A program made the translations under genes and the position numbers. From NCBI GenBank assembly GCA_037379345.1, contig CM074515.1, positions 18,662,001 to 18,726,000 on the forward strand: a stretch of 64,000 nucleotides of DNA, given 5' to 3'. Positions 1 to 15,000 of the stretch are shown here, piece after piece; position 1 is the stretch's first letter; the number at the start of each line of letters is the position of its first letter. Below the pieces are notes generated by a model. That model was not told where the DNA came from. It ran no database searches and saw only the letters and a list, made by a program, of their open reading frames with translations. The DNA is from Perna viridis (Eukaryota).

Positions 1-33
1 CTTGTTGATAAGTTCTTCCCTTGTAAATACATC
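1..33 (-). CDS. Exon 67 (partial): VWC module 29 start
   Basis: attgtag|GA TGT ATT TAC AAG GGA... = GCIYKGRTYQQ, runs off the window. Confidence 0.85.
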
Positions 34-3000
34 CTACAATGATATGTCATCCATTAAAGGAAGTAGACTTTGGGTAAGGAACATAACTCTTGAAATCAGT
101 TGTACGTTTGCATCATATTCAATTTCAACAAAGCCTATCAAGCTTTCATTCGAAATACTGTGAAAGTACCATAATTCATGGATACCAATTTTTGGTTTGC
201 CTACCCATAAAAACCATGAAAGTTGGTACCCAACGCACAATAGTACTTTCACAGTAGAATAAAAACAAGTTACTTTGATGCTTAGAAGAGATTAACGTAA
301 AATGCTTAACACAAACGTTGCAATGATTTGTAAGAGTGTCCCTTATCCTAGGTCTACCTCCTTAAGCAGTTTACAGACAGGAATACATAATAATCTTATT
401 CAATGACATCGTTTTACACTGCTAAATGAGAGCTTTGTTCGATTTTTTTGGGAAAGTTTTTTTACTCAAAACTGTCTTATGTATACTTTTTCCACTCTTC
501 GAAAAGCCCATTTCCACTTAACCAGCATATATAGACATAAACAGTGTATTGATTTGAAATAAAAACAATATATGAATTAGGTTTAGAATTGGGGTAAAAG
601 GTGAGGCTCTGTGGAGCAATTTTCCTATTCCTGCCGAATTTGTATATTGTTTTATTTCCATTCAATACACTGTTTAGTCTTTTGACTTTATACTGCAATC
701 CTCATCCTTATAAATCTAGCTTAAGTTTATATGAAGTGTAAATTTAATTTTGTCCCTACTATAGTATCCCCGATAGTGTTGCTGCTATATACAGGTAGTT
801 CATTCAAAGATAGAAAAGCAGGCTGAAATAAAATGTTATATACTGTAAGTACATCATCAATAAATATACTGTCAATACATTTTGGTTGCTCAAGTAGAAT
901 AATTGCAGTATAAATGATCAACATTAATGTAACAGAAGAACAACTATTTACCCTGTCTGCTACCAGACATACTGGTGTAATTACCAGAACCAGAGAATTG
1001 ATAGTTATAATTTGGCCCAAATCCAGTATATCCATTTGGTAATGAACCAATTATAGTGTATTGTGTTTGAGTCTTCAGTGGGTTGACAATTTCTCCGGTC
1101 TCTAGTGTACATCTTGGTTGGTTACAACATTGTCCATCCACCTTCTGTAGGAAACATTTGTTGGATGGCAGATTATTGTAAACAGGACACCTAAAATAAG
1201 ACAAATATATATATATAAAATGTAAAAGCAATGTGTGGCAAACATACATATGTAATCTGTATTATATATACAGTACATTTTTGTACAACACATGAGAAAA
1301 CTTTGGCATCCATACATTGATAACTGACAAAAGATCACAATAATGTTCCATCTTGCCATCAACACACTGACTACATTGTACTTACAATGGATCACAATAT
1401 TAAATACCTTGTGTTGCCTGCCACACACCGACTAAATTGTACTTACAATGGATCACAATATTAAATACCCTGTGTTGCCAGCCACACCGACTACATTGTA
1501 CTTACAATGGATCACAATATTAAATACCTTGTGTTGCCTGCCACACACCGACTACGTTGTACTTACAATGGATCACAATATTAAATACCCTGTGTTGCCT
1601 GCCACACACCGACTAAATTGTACTTACAATGGATCACAATATTAAATACCTTGTGTTGCCTGCCACACACCGACTAAATTGTACTTACAATGGATCACAA
1701 TATTAAATACCTGTGTTGCCTGCCACACATCGACTAAATTGTACTTACAATGGATCACAATATTAAATACCCTGTGTCGCCAGCCACACATCGACTACAT
1801 TGTACTTACAAATGGATCACAATAATACCCTGTCTTGCCACCCACACACTGACTAAATTGTACCTACAATGGATCACAATAATATCCCGTGTTTCCACTC
1901 ACACAATGACTATATTGTACTTACAATGGATCACAATAATAATATCCTGTCTTGCCATCCATACATTTACAGTTGTATTCACATCCATCCTTCCACGTCT
2001 CACCTTCATTGAACAACAAATACTTTTCTGGAGTTGTTCCAGTAGCTTTCTGGTGGAAAATACACTGACCTAAAAAAAACCAAAAAACAACACAAAAATT
2101 CATATTCATGTGAAAGATGCAGAACTGTTAAAGACATTTTATTACAAATTATCAAAAATTACATATAAATCACATTCCAATAAAAAAAAATGATTAAAAA
2201 GTGCTTGAAATTGCAATCAAATGTTTTCTATAAGATTAAGTTTTATTTAACAGGTTTTAAAATATGCAATCTTTTTAATTTCAATTTATTGGAGTTCTTC
2301 CTGTTGGACATATCATCATTTCCACATACCAAAGCCCTCCACAAAAATTGCTTATGTTCAGCCTGTAAAACGCAACCAAATTTGTTACAACTTAGCAGGA
2401 TTACTGTTAATTTTGTGGTTGCTAATTTTCACAGATTCTATCACATGAACAAATCTGAGAGTAATAATCTATGCGATTTCAAAAAAAAATTAGCCTTATT
2501 TAATGTTAAAATCAATTATGCTGCTATTATTTTTTCAGTTTTCTGTCTACAGTGGAAATAGCAAAAATTAGGATGTTTCCAGTATTTTAATTAATGTACA
2601 AGGGAATTTATATAGAATTTTGCTGTGATAATGTTTGATATGTCAAAGTCAGTGTATGATTATTTTATTCCACTAAACCTCATGAATTTTTTTTCAAGAT
2701 GCAGATAGATTTCTAATTTTGTTCCAATTCTGTTGATGTTTAAAAGAAGGAAATCAGTAGAACAGTTTCGTCAAATTCAGAATATTGATCTTCTGTAAAG
2801 TCTGTATTTCAATATTACCACATGGACTGTGGTCAATATTTATGAATTGATTCAAATTTCCTACTTACTTCTCACTTGTGAAAACTGTTGTTGAAGTATA
2901 GGGAAACCCCCTCCTGGTAATACAGGTGCATCAGTAGGTTTGGCTGTAGCAATGACAATTTGACCTGGTCTGGAAGATACTACAACTAAACCAGTAGGAG

Positions 3001-6000
3001 CTGGTGTAGCTATGACTTCACCTGGTGGTTTGTATGATACCCCTGGGATATCACATTGAACTTTAGCACAACATTGTCCAGGGATAACTACCTTTTTACA
3101 GTATGTAGGTAGAGGATCAGGAAGTGAAGGACACCTGTAAACATAAAAGCTTTCTATTACCTAACTGATATAAATACCATAAAAGACTATTAAATAAATA
3201 TTCATTCTTACTGGATAAAATTATGTAAAGCCTTACTTGAAATCAACATTATTTTTAGATCTTTATTAATATCCAGTATGGTTCTGTCTAAAAACAAGAC
3301 ATGGGGTAATTCCACCATTCCTTAAAATAATCAATGAGTGTTCAAATGCATTAGTTAGGCCCTTAAAACAACCCTTCCTATGTTCATTTCCTCAGATTTA
3401 CTATAAATTATGAAACTTTTTTGACTGTTTATAGTGTAAGTATTCTGGCTAGAATTTTCCCGTACTTTTATGTAGTGATACGTTATAAAATTTTCAGTGT
3501 TAATACTTCCAGTGGGCAACTTTCATCCTTCTGAAGGATTTTCAATTAAAAATATTTGGTATTAAGAAATATATGAATCACAAATCATAATAATAAAGAC
3601 TTGTCTACATCGACAAACTCCAAATGTATATGAAATTTGTTATCTTTCACAAATGACATTTTGCAACTGATTTACATAAATAAAAATGAAAAAAAAACTT
3701 ACACTAATATGTTTTTTTTTGGAAAACATGCCAATCTTTGAGGTATGCATAGTTATTTTGGGCAATTTAACTTGAAAAAGGTGGTGAACACCCCTTTGAA
3801 GTAGGTAAGTGACAAACACATGTCACATGTCAACAGTGTCGAAGGTCAAAACCCATTAAACAATGGCTCATAAATATCTTAAATTTGAGATTAGCCCAAC
3901 CACAGAAACCACAAAAAATTGGAACCCAAAGAACAATAGTGCTTTCATAGTAGTCCCAATGCACTTTTCTCCAATAATCAAAAAGTATCATTAAAAATGT
4001 AGCTAATTTTCCTTAATGGACAAATAATGAGATAATATGTATACTGTAATTTGATTGGTTCATAAAAAAGATGCTACATTAATAACTTACTTAGAAATAC
4101 ATTCATACTGTCCAGATTGGGCATCTTTACATGTACAGACGTACTGACATCCATCATCCCAAGACTGTCCCTGCTTGTACACAACACTCTTGTAAACACA
4201 TGCTCCAAAACCTTTAAAAAAAACATTAACGTTTTGATTAAGATGTGGATAATCAACATAATTGTACTCACATACTTTACACAATACATAAATCTATCAC
4301 TTTCTGAAAACATGTTCAAAGAAAAGAAAATAAAATCAGTAAAATTGACATTATTTCTGTTCTTAATTAGTTCTAAAACAATAGCTACTTCCTCTTGTGG
4401 TATAAAATTGTCTGCAAAGTATCTTTACCTAATTCTTAGTACTTTTCACATGCTTAAAGACAATATTTTGTTGATGAGTCTTGAATTTTATAAATTGCTC
4501 ACAAGAATCTGTCCCACAACTTCAATCTCATTTTATCTCAAATAAAATACTTTTGCTTTACCTCCATTTCCATTGAATGTACTTGTTCCAGGTTTCTGCC
4601 AATTATTACCAAAGATCAGTTGGTATTGTCCTACTGGCACAATGTTAAGTTTTCCTGGTTTTGGTGTAACATTTGATGATCCATTGAAAGTATTAAAGTA
4701 TGGATTAAGTGGAATGTTTGTTCCTGTGGCTACACATCGAGGTATATAACAACATCTATCGTTTGGATCTTGGACAAGAGTACATTGTGAAGGCAGGGAC
4801 CCAAATAGTCGGCATCTGTAATCAAAATACAGTAGTATAGAATATAACATCAGTCATATTATACTCATATGTAATACCTGCGATGAACCCCAGATATGAA
4901 AGTAGGTTAAAATACAAGAGGTTCTAAGATACCTCAATTGCTCATCAAGGTGCTGCAAAATACACAAGTTATTTTAATTACAAGTAAGACCAGAACAAAC
5001 CACTTAATCACCAAGTTTAGTCATCATGGGTTCAGTATTAGCAGAGATGTAAACCAGAATAAGTATCTATAAAGTGTTACAATGGACGTTTGTAGTGGCT
5101 GTCTGAATTAATTGAAAAGTGGTTTTTGTTGATGGAATTCAGATCATTGACCCCATGAAGTTCAAAAATTAAAGCCCCTCTAGTTTAAGAGGAGTTGACC
5201 TTAGAAAAGGACCTATCAGAATCTTACAAAAGCCATACAGTTCAAATGTTAATTCAGTGTAGAAGTCCTCCCTTTTATCGATTACTACTGACCAAACACC
5301 AGCAGAATATGTTTCTCCATAAGTTCAGGAGTGGACTGAAGTCAATGTCAATACCAAACTTAGATAAAATATTGCACATTGTTCATTATACAGTACATGA
5401 AATGGCCTCTGGTAGTTATCATGTTCAATCAAGCAGAACTAAAAGTTGATCATTTGTATTAGACCACTGAAATATCATTCCTTCCAAGTTTCATTAAAGT
5501 CTACCCAACATATTGTTAAAAGTTGATCTTTAACAAAATGATAATAAAAGAAAACAGAATATAGACAATTGAAGATGCATAACTCTTTAGTGGTTAACTG
5601 ATGTTCACATGGACCAGGTTAGCTAACAACTAAAGCTAATATGAAAGGGATCCTATGTCCTTAAAAGCCCTAAAATTTAAAAGGACATTTTATAGAACTG
5701 AATGTGATACTAGGCCAAAAACAAAATTATAAGAGCACACAAGAAGTTGATACATGATTAAGCCAAAAAGCCATCAAGCTGAAGTAAAAATTTTATTTTT
5801 GCCATTATATACTGCCAAGATTTGGACCATGGAAATGAATGAAAATCTGAAAAACAACCTGAGCATTATAACAAACAGAATACTGAAATGTGTCCAAGCT
5901 AAAAATGCTAATCCACTTAAAAAAAGTCAGGTAGAAGCTACTATAAAATTGCAATTACTGTAAACATACTAATTTTTGGGGTTGCTTTTTTAGAGAATTT

Positions 6001-9000
6001 TGTCAAGTGAACATATTTGCAGGTATAAATTTTCAAATGTGTGAGTGTCAAAAAACAATTCCATGCATACTATTTTTTCACACTTATCTGTCCACCAAGA
6101 TTTATTCAAGATTTGTAAAAAAGACACACTCATGTACAGATAGCAGTATAAAATAATGCCTCCTAAGCCTAAAGGCAGAGGCATAAATTATCTTTGAAAT
6201 GAAGATTGACAATTGAGTATCTTGTAGTACATGTATTATGACCCAGGAGAAAAAGTTTTAATCATCATTCAAATCATTACATTGCAGAAAAATTGGCAAA
6301 TGTTATAAAGACTTGAAATAAACCTTTCAATAATTATACTGATTGCCTTTTTTTTCATATTTTTGAACTGATATTTTCTTACTTTGCCTTGCATTGGTAG
6401 ACATTCATTTTAGCATCCTCACAAGTACATTTTAAGTCACAGCCGTCTTCCCATGTAGATCCTTGCATATGTACTTGGTTCTTATACACACACATATCTG
6501 TTTATAATATAAAGAAATTTACTGACCATCATAGTTAAGATTTGTCTTTTGGCAAAATATGTTTGCAGGAAGGAACTTATTTACATTGAATTTACTGCTA
6601 AATGCAGACTGTTTCCTCTTGAGAAAAAAGTAACTAAATTACTGGATGACAGTAATAAACAATAAATTATAACACCTTTAAAAAACAGCAGATAAATCAG
6701 TAGAACTAAAAAATAAGATAAAATGTTCTACTCATCAAGACACCACTAGATAAAACTAGAAATACTAAGATCATTCTCACAAATAATTCACCTTTGAATT
6801 GAATTAAATCATGTTCACACTATATCTGAATACTCACCACTGAAGTTATCAATTAATAATAATATTTCGTTGTGCATATTTACATATGAAACCTTAAATT
6901 CCTACCAGATTTCATATTATTCATTGAGCAATTCAAGAGATTTTTAAATTTTAAAATGTCACTGAAACCTGTAAGTTGGTTATTTCTCTTTTATTAACTA
7001 AATTCTATTAAACACATACCTACATATGATATATAAATCAACCAACATAATTTCATTTAAATCCTTGGAGCAATCTATGAACAGTTGCTTTTATAAGGTC
7101 TTAGAAAATTAGACCATTAAGTTGGATTTTCTCCCCTTTCATGCAACAAAAGTCAATTCTGAATTTGCAAATCACAGAGTAATCTCCCTTTGTAAATCAT
7201 TTGTGTAGGTATCTCCATATAGCCACAATATTAAAAATCAAGTTTTTATTTTTTCTAAATTAGTCCTGACCAAATTTTTACACCAAAGGTTGACTTTTAG
7301 CTGAATTTGATACATATCCTTCATGCCAATTTTTTTTCTCCTCTGATATAGAAAGACGCTTTGAAGATAACACAATTTAATGTAAATCCCCCATTGACCC
7401 TATGTTAAAGTACCTACCCACAAAGAAGATTACTCTTGCTCAATGGCTAAATTATGTCCTGTGTCCCGGTTGTGAAAAGAGGGAACACTTACTTTATATG
7501 ATGTCCATCACCCACTTACAAGGTATATGAACAGACAGTGTGATTCTTACAAATTTTGTTTGCAGAGGGTTAATCATTCCCCCATATAAACTTTCTAAAA
7601 TTGCCCTTGAAAAAATGTTGATAGAGGTCTAATGCCAAGCGTGCAGGACCCTGTTAAGATATCTAAAGTTTTATTCTAGGTGAGCAGTATCCCCTTTAAA
7701 ATATTTGACCTTAAAATCTCATCCTAAGTTGTCATGATGGTTTAGTGCCAGGTAGATGGGAATTTGTTTATTTCATAAGGTTTCTCACCTTGGAAGTTTT
7801 GGGTCAGGTGCCCAAGACCCCCTTAAAAATATCTCACCTGGAGGTTTTGTGCCAGGTGGGCAGGACCCCCATCAAAATATCTTACCTGGAGGTTTTGTGC
7901 CAGGTGGGCAGGACCCCCATTAAAATATCTTACCTGGAGGTTTTGTGCCAGGTGGGCGGGTCTGGTATGTTGGTCCTGGATTGTAGATGCCAATAGTTGG
8001 TGGAGGTGTAACTGTTTGACTTGGATCACATTTTGGTTTGCGACAGCATGCATCAGTAGGATCTGGTTCATAATGACAGTAAGCTGGTAAGTTGTAATAC
8101 TGTGGACATCTGTAATAACACATTCACTAATGTATGTTGAAAGTAAGAATAAGTCTTTGTAAAATTTCCAATTCAGTACTTGAAAACAATTCCTACCATA
8201 ATACAACTCTATTAGATTCTTCCCTGATAACATAATAAAAGACAAAGATCAGAATTCAGTCACAACACAATTAAGTATGGGTCTTCAGACAGAATACTAA
8301 CTAAAGTCGGGAAAGACCCGTTGCATTATTCAGCCTTTAGAAAACAATGCTATTTCTTGTTGGTTGCATGTAAGAGTGAATAGACTAGTGAGGTGAGATG
8401 TTCATAATATGAGGCAAGTGTAACCTCTACAAAAACAAAGTTGAATATATAAATAAATCTCAAAATCTTCTTGTCATTATTTCCCCCCCTTATCACTAGA
8501 CATGTTGATGCTCCTTAATACTACTTGTTGTTAATAAGTGAGAGAGCGATACTGCTTAGCATGTGTACTTCCAACTTTAAATGAGAAAGGGTTACTCTTT
8601 TGGCATATCAGAATAAAAAACAAAGTTTCTGAATTAACTTCCTGTCAGATTGAGGCTCTCATTGCTTCCAAGGCCATCACCACATTTAGCAGTGGACTTT
8701 GTGCACTATTTGTGATAAGGTTTTGTATAATACAGTGTAATAGGAATAAGATCAGAATATTGTTAGATATGGTTTATTATTCTTTTCATTATCATGAGAA
8801 AGCAACTCAATACAAAATTAAAGTTTTTATTTTTCTTTAGATTTTGTATTCCCAAAATAATATTAGCAATATATGCAAATTAAATTTAAATATGTATGCA
8901 CAAATCTCTATGATAAAAAAGAAGAGTACATTATTTCACTTTAACATTAAGTATATTTTTGTTTTTATGTCTATAAAGTCTGACTTGGATAAATCTGTAA

Positions 9001-12000
9001 ATTGCATTCCTGTGTACAAAATGTCATTTTCAATCTTTTTGAAAAGTCCAATAGAACAAAAATAATTACAGTATATAATCATACTTAGTAAGAGTATAAT
9101 ATTTATAGTAAACAAATTTTCAGGCATGGACATTCCTTTCTAAATCTTTGTCCTCTTTTCACTTTTGTGAGTCAAATTTAAATGTATCTAGTATGTAACT
9201 ATGTACATGTATGTGTACCTATGAGCTCACCTAATTTAGAAGCACCTACCTGTAATCACACTTGTAACGGCCTCTAATGGCATCAATACATTCACATCTG
9301 TAGTCACAACCATCATCCCATTTCTGACCTTGAGTATATGATCTTCCCTTGTACACACAAACTCCTAACAAAATTAAAATAATTTAAGTATCATTCTGTG
9401 TAAGAATCAGGCAATGGGTGGCACATCATTTTTCTTAATTTGATCTTTTTTTGCCTCAGATTTATTCAATACATCTGGTTAACAAACATAAAGCTATTTA
9501 AATTTATTCTACAGCATCTGTGACATAGATATTTCTTGACTGTTTATATTGGGAAAATGTGCAAGAATATTCTCCTGCCATTTTTACCTAATGGAGTTCA
9601 ACTAAAGTTAACCTATCAATATCTTAAAAAGGCAAACTGTACACAACACTCCGATGTTCATTAGCTACACCTTTTATACATTGCCTGATTCTTAGACAAA
9701 GAATTACTCAATGTTCAAAATTTTATGCATGTTTACTCAAGACACTTGCAAACTTTAAGAGTGAACTACAATTGCAACACAGACACTATAACTTAAATAG
9801 AATCAACAAATATGATCCTCAAAGTTAATATAAAGCTTTACAAAGCAAACATGATGGTGTTACCTTATTATCAGAAAATTATTCAAGTGTTGTCGGTATC
9901 TAATTGTTAAATATATTCATTCCAAATTACTTACATAATTGTTTTGAATGTAACGCAATGATGCAGTTTATCAAAATAAATATAAAATATGTTTAAGACA
10001 TTGTAAAATAAAATAGTGCTAAAAAAAGAAACATATAACTCATCATCAATTTCCTCCATAAACACGTGCTGAAATAAGAAACATGCATGCATTCCACCAT
10101 CAACATCCTACTTCCTAAAAGTTTCATGAGTACAAAATAATATTTTGTACCCTTTGTAAACTTAAAGGGTAGATTCATATCCAACCTTTACAAACATTAG
10201 GAGGGTTCAAGGATTTTAATTTTTTGTATTTCTTACGAGCTATTTGCAAGCCTAATTTCAGCTATGTAAAGTATAGATATGTTTTAAATCCATAGAAACA
10301 TCAGTTTTAAAGAAGAAACATCATTTTATTCATCAGTGAAAACAAATTTGTGTGTTGTAGTATCTAAGTATTAGAAACTGATGCAAAAAAAAAATCTGAT
10401 TTTGAAATTCCCATCCCAATTTTGTTTATTTTTGTCAATATTTTAGGGGTGGGAGTTGATGATAATCTACTATTATTTGGCCTTATTGCGCCAAGTCTAA
10501 TTCTATACATATATACATTATTAAAGCTTACCCTTGCCACTTCCAGAAATCTGGTTGTAGTTAGGATTAAGAGGACTTATTGTTCCTTGTCCAGTGACAG
10601 CTCCTTTGAGAGGAGTTGGTACAATGATTTGTGGTCTAGGAGTTGTTGGGGGTTGGCCCTTTCCTGTGTAAACAGCTGTGCTTGGGAAAAAGTTGCATTG
10701 TGGAACTGTACAGCAAGGATCATTACGGTCTGTCACAAGGGTACATGAGTTGGGAATATTGTTAAAGACTGGACATCTATAACAACAATAGAATTATTAT
10801 ATGTTTCATAATGAGTGAAAGTTGAATACCCCAAACATTGTAAACATATAAATTGTGAGAAACATTAAAATCTATCTAAACCGAACCCTGAATAATCCAA
10901 AAACCTGTCTACAACAAACCCTGAATAATCCAAAAACCTGTCTAAACCAAACCCTGAATAATCCAAAAATCTGTCTAAATCAAACATTTTGAAAATCAAT
11001 TTTAAAAACAGGAAAGGGTTTAGTTTAGACAGTTTGTACTGCACATCAGAAATGTATGACATATTACAAGAAAAGAATGTCTGAATTAAGAGAATATAAA
11101 AAAAACTTCAATCTGTGCATACCTCTGTGTACAACTGTATAAACCAGTTGATACATCATCACATCGACACCTCTTGTCACATCCATCATCCCAAGTCTGT
11201 CCTTGAGTATAATACACACCTTGGTACACACAGTAGCCTAAAATATATATACATGGTAGTTGAATATACACATTGGTACACACATTAGCCTGAAATACAT
11301 ACATGGCAGTGTGTAATACATATCTTGGTACACACAGTTACTGTAGCCTGAAATACATACATGGTAGTGTATAATACACACCTTGGTACACACAGTTACT
11401 GTAGCCCGAAATACATACATTAGCTGCAGTGTATAATACACTCCCTGGTAAAGTTAAAAGCTTGAAATATAAACTGCAGTGTATAGTTAAGACACACTTA
11501 ATTACACATAAATGTAAAGGTGTTAAATTCACTTATTGATGAGTGGAATTTTATCAAAAAGAGTATTTTAAGAAATAATTTGTGGAGGGAGTAGATTTGT
11601 ACTCATTTTAACATAGGTAAGGCATTTATATTTGATTATTTAATACCGAGCAACAGCAAGTAACTTTTGTGACAAAAATTTTCCTAGGCATAGCCAAACA
11701 ATGGCTGTTCCATTTAAATCCCCCGTAGGAAAGTTGGATTAAATTTGTATATTTATGTCATCATATGTGTTAAATGTTTGTATTTGTATAATTGATTTCA
11801 ATTAGATAACCTCTCAGCTGTTAAATTATCGCATAAACGTTTTGAAATGAGTGTTTTGTCTCGAAGCGACAGCGAAAAAAAGGAGACAAAGCACAGGTGC
11901 TAAAGGTGGGGTTGTACTGACATATACTGTTTGATGACATGAAGACCTCATATTAGAACTGTATGCAATGCACACCATAATTCACAAAATTACTTAAGTC

Positions 12001-15000
12001 TATATGTAAAACAAATCATATATGATTAACAGTGAATTTATAAAAACTTTCAGTAATAATATGATTATTATGTAATGACAAAGTGATTTCTATTGTCATT
12101 TGACAATATCTGTCTATACCTGACATTCCAAATGGAGATGGAGTTCCATTGCCTGTGATGGTATTGTTGGTTGGTGGGTTCACCACTATACTGGGGTTCC
12201 TGGTTGTTGGTACATATGGTATGTATGTTGGTGGTAAAGATGGGGTTGGATGCTGTTTGTCACAGTAGGGTACTGGGCAACATTTATCTTTAGGATTTTC
12301 AACCAGTGTACAGAATGGAGGAAGGTTGGGGTATGTTTGACATCTGGAATAAGAATAATATTGATCACCTAAACACAATTACACAAGTATCTACAGCAAA
12401 CCAATACTTATATACAGTAAAAACCTCTGTCCAATTCGAATGGACCATTGAATTGTGTATGTGAGGTATTGGGAGTTTGAGAACTTAAGTTCAGTTCCAA
12501 ATGTTTTCCTTCTTGAATTTCTACTTTATTGTTTGAAATTGCTTCCTTTCTACAAAGTTCTGATAGTTCTTGGACATTTTTGGTACTGTGATTAAAATGT
12601 TATAGTCAACAGAAATTGTCATCTGTTTTTTTTTATATAGCTCTTGTTCTTAGATGATAAACAAATATATAAAATGTACTGCAGAATCTCAAAATTAAGG
12701 GAGATAACTCTGAAAATGACACAAAATACAAAAGAAATTATTGGATTTTCAATGTGATTTATCTCATAAGAGCAGACAAATTGGAATGAATAATTATACA
12801 TTTCATTATATAGACATAAAGCAACATAATAACAAAATTAAAAATGTGTAGCCTTTTTTTGGGATGTATCACATTTTACAGAATTTGCATGATTCTTACA
12901 AAGACTGCTACTTAACATTAACTTTCAAAAGTTTTTCTATTTACAGACATTAAATTTACTGTTTTTTTATTTTATTTTAAAAGCTATGAATGTTTTTTCT
13001 TTGACTCCATCATCATAGCCTCAACAGAGCATTCTCAGTCAATATCACTTTAAACAAAAAACTAACTATATTTGGTGACGACATAGGGTTACTATACTCA
13101 TGGGTATTCTATGTGATAGCATGGCAAAACAACAGCATACAAAATTGTTTCTTGAAACTTTTATGACTTTCGTGTTTCCATGTCTTTTTTGAGATAAGTT
13201 ATAAGTATGGCTTACTAGACAAGTACAGACATCCTGCATGTAATGCTGCAATGGAGTCTGAAAGTTACTCTTATAGCTTACCACAATCTAACCATTTTTA
13301 GCATGGGTTATGAAAGGAAATTAATCATTAAATATGGTAATACAATCTGACCTTTCTGTGCACTTATATTGACCAATCATTTCATTGACACATTCGCATC
13401 TGTACTGGCATCCATCTTCCCACATTTGACCTTGAGTGAATGACCTTCCCATGTACAAACAACCTGCAATGTTAAATAACATCAACAGATTATTTATGAC
13501 TGAGTTGAAAAAATTATGACATAATTCATACTACAATCCTCTATTACTGTGAAAGTACTATTATTTGTGGGGTACCAGTTTTCATGTTTTTTTTGGGGTA
13601 TGCCAAACCACAATTTGGTACCCAGTGAAAAGGAAATTCCCATTGATGTGTATAGTGAAAACCTCAAAACAACAAATTTAAGAATCTACAAACTTGTGTT
13701 TCTTACCTAATGCACACAATTTAGTATCCAAGAATTAAAGAACTTAAGTAGTAATTAAACAGTACAAAGGGAGTAGGCAAGTGCATGTACACTTTTTACA
13801 GTGATGTAAGGCCTCAACAAAAACACAACAGAATTGGTTGTTTTAGACAGAAGAGTGAACAAATTATCTATTTTTGACATTCTTTTTCATTCTAACCAAT
13901 TGTGATGTCATCGTGGAATGCGTCAGAAATGTTGAAATGGGATTTCCCCAAGTTTACTGACTAATGTATCAAGTTTAATAAATTTAAAACATGTCATGTG
14001 AACCATTAAAACAAAACTATATAAAGCAGGCAGAGACACAATTAGGAAAATAATATTTTTTTTAAATGTAATAATGATCAGGAAAAAAAAATCTTCATTG
14101 AGGTGAAATATAACATAAATAATGAATGTATGTATCAATGACAAGGACATTGCTTCTGAGTTCCTTAATCTAGCTGGTTGAAGAAAACATCATTTAATTT
14201 CTAATAAAATACATGTAGTACACAAATTTATACTGAAAAAAATGTAAACTACTTTCAATACACCTGAATGAATATTAGATTTACTATAAGTCCCTCTCAA
14301 AGAGTCACAAGCTTATATAGTCTCAATTAAGTAGCAGTCTCTATAAAAATCAGACAGGAGGTAATTCATGCATGACAAAAACCCACCTAATTCATTTTAT
14401 TTCCTGAAACAGTTACACCGGTTACACATGATCAAATAATCAGTCTTAGTTTTCCATTCGGTTGTTATGCTTTTGAGAAACAAATTCTATATGTACATGA
14501 AAATGGCACTTAGGAAGAGTTATCGTTCTTAATTTTGTTTGATTTGGTTGAATATAGTGGGAAATGAATGCATGATTTTCTTAAAAGTACAAATCTGGAT
14601 ACAGAAAGGATTAACATTAGGCGTAAACATAGCATACGTAAAACTGAAAAAAAAATCATTGCTTGTTTCATGGGTTTTTCTACACAATGAATCATCTAAA
14701 TCTTACTGTCTGAATTTTAGGTGAACTGGTACTTAATAACATTTCCTAAATACAACTTCTCCATGATAGCAGTCTGCTTCATACCTAAGTTATATGGTCA
14801 ATAGAGGAATTTATTTGACTGGTTTTCTTGTAGATTAATGCAGGTACTACTGTTGCCCAGTTGGGATCAATAAATAACCTGGTAACATGGTTTGGACCAG
14901 GAGTTGTTTTGCTTAGCTTTGGTATATATATGGTGCCAAAACAGACCAGTTGGTCTAGGAGTGTACAAACCTGGCTTTTGTGTAGGTGGTGGCATAATTG

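Noticed and set aside
1335-1960. CRISPR-like array (also 22385-22745)
   Set aside because: Head-to-tail minisatellites without unique spacers, eukaryotic intron context, no cas genes.
2870-2880. Alternative donor CAA|GTGAGA for exon 64
   Set aside because: Phase 0, incompatible with exon 65; GTAAGT at 2868 fits.
4900-6300. Intronic ORFs of 60-140 aa here and elsewhere as nested genes or transposases
   Set aside because: Low-complexity AT-rich translations with no recognisable motifs.
7745-8245. ORFs with repeated HLAQNLQVRYF / LEVLCQVGRTP peptides
   Set aside because: Alternative-frame translations of the 48-bp repeat.
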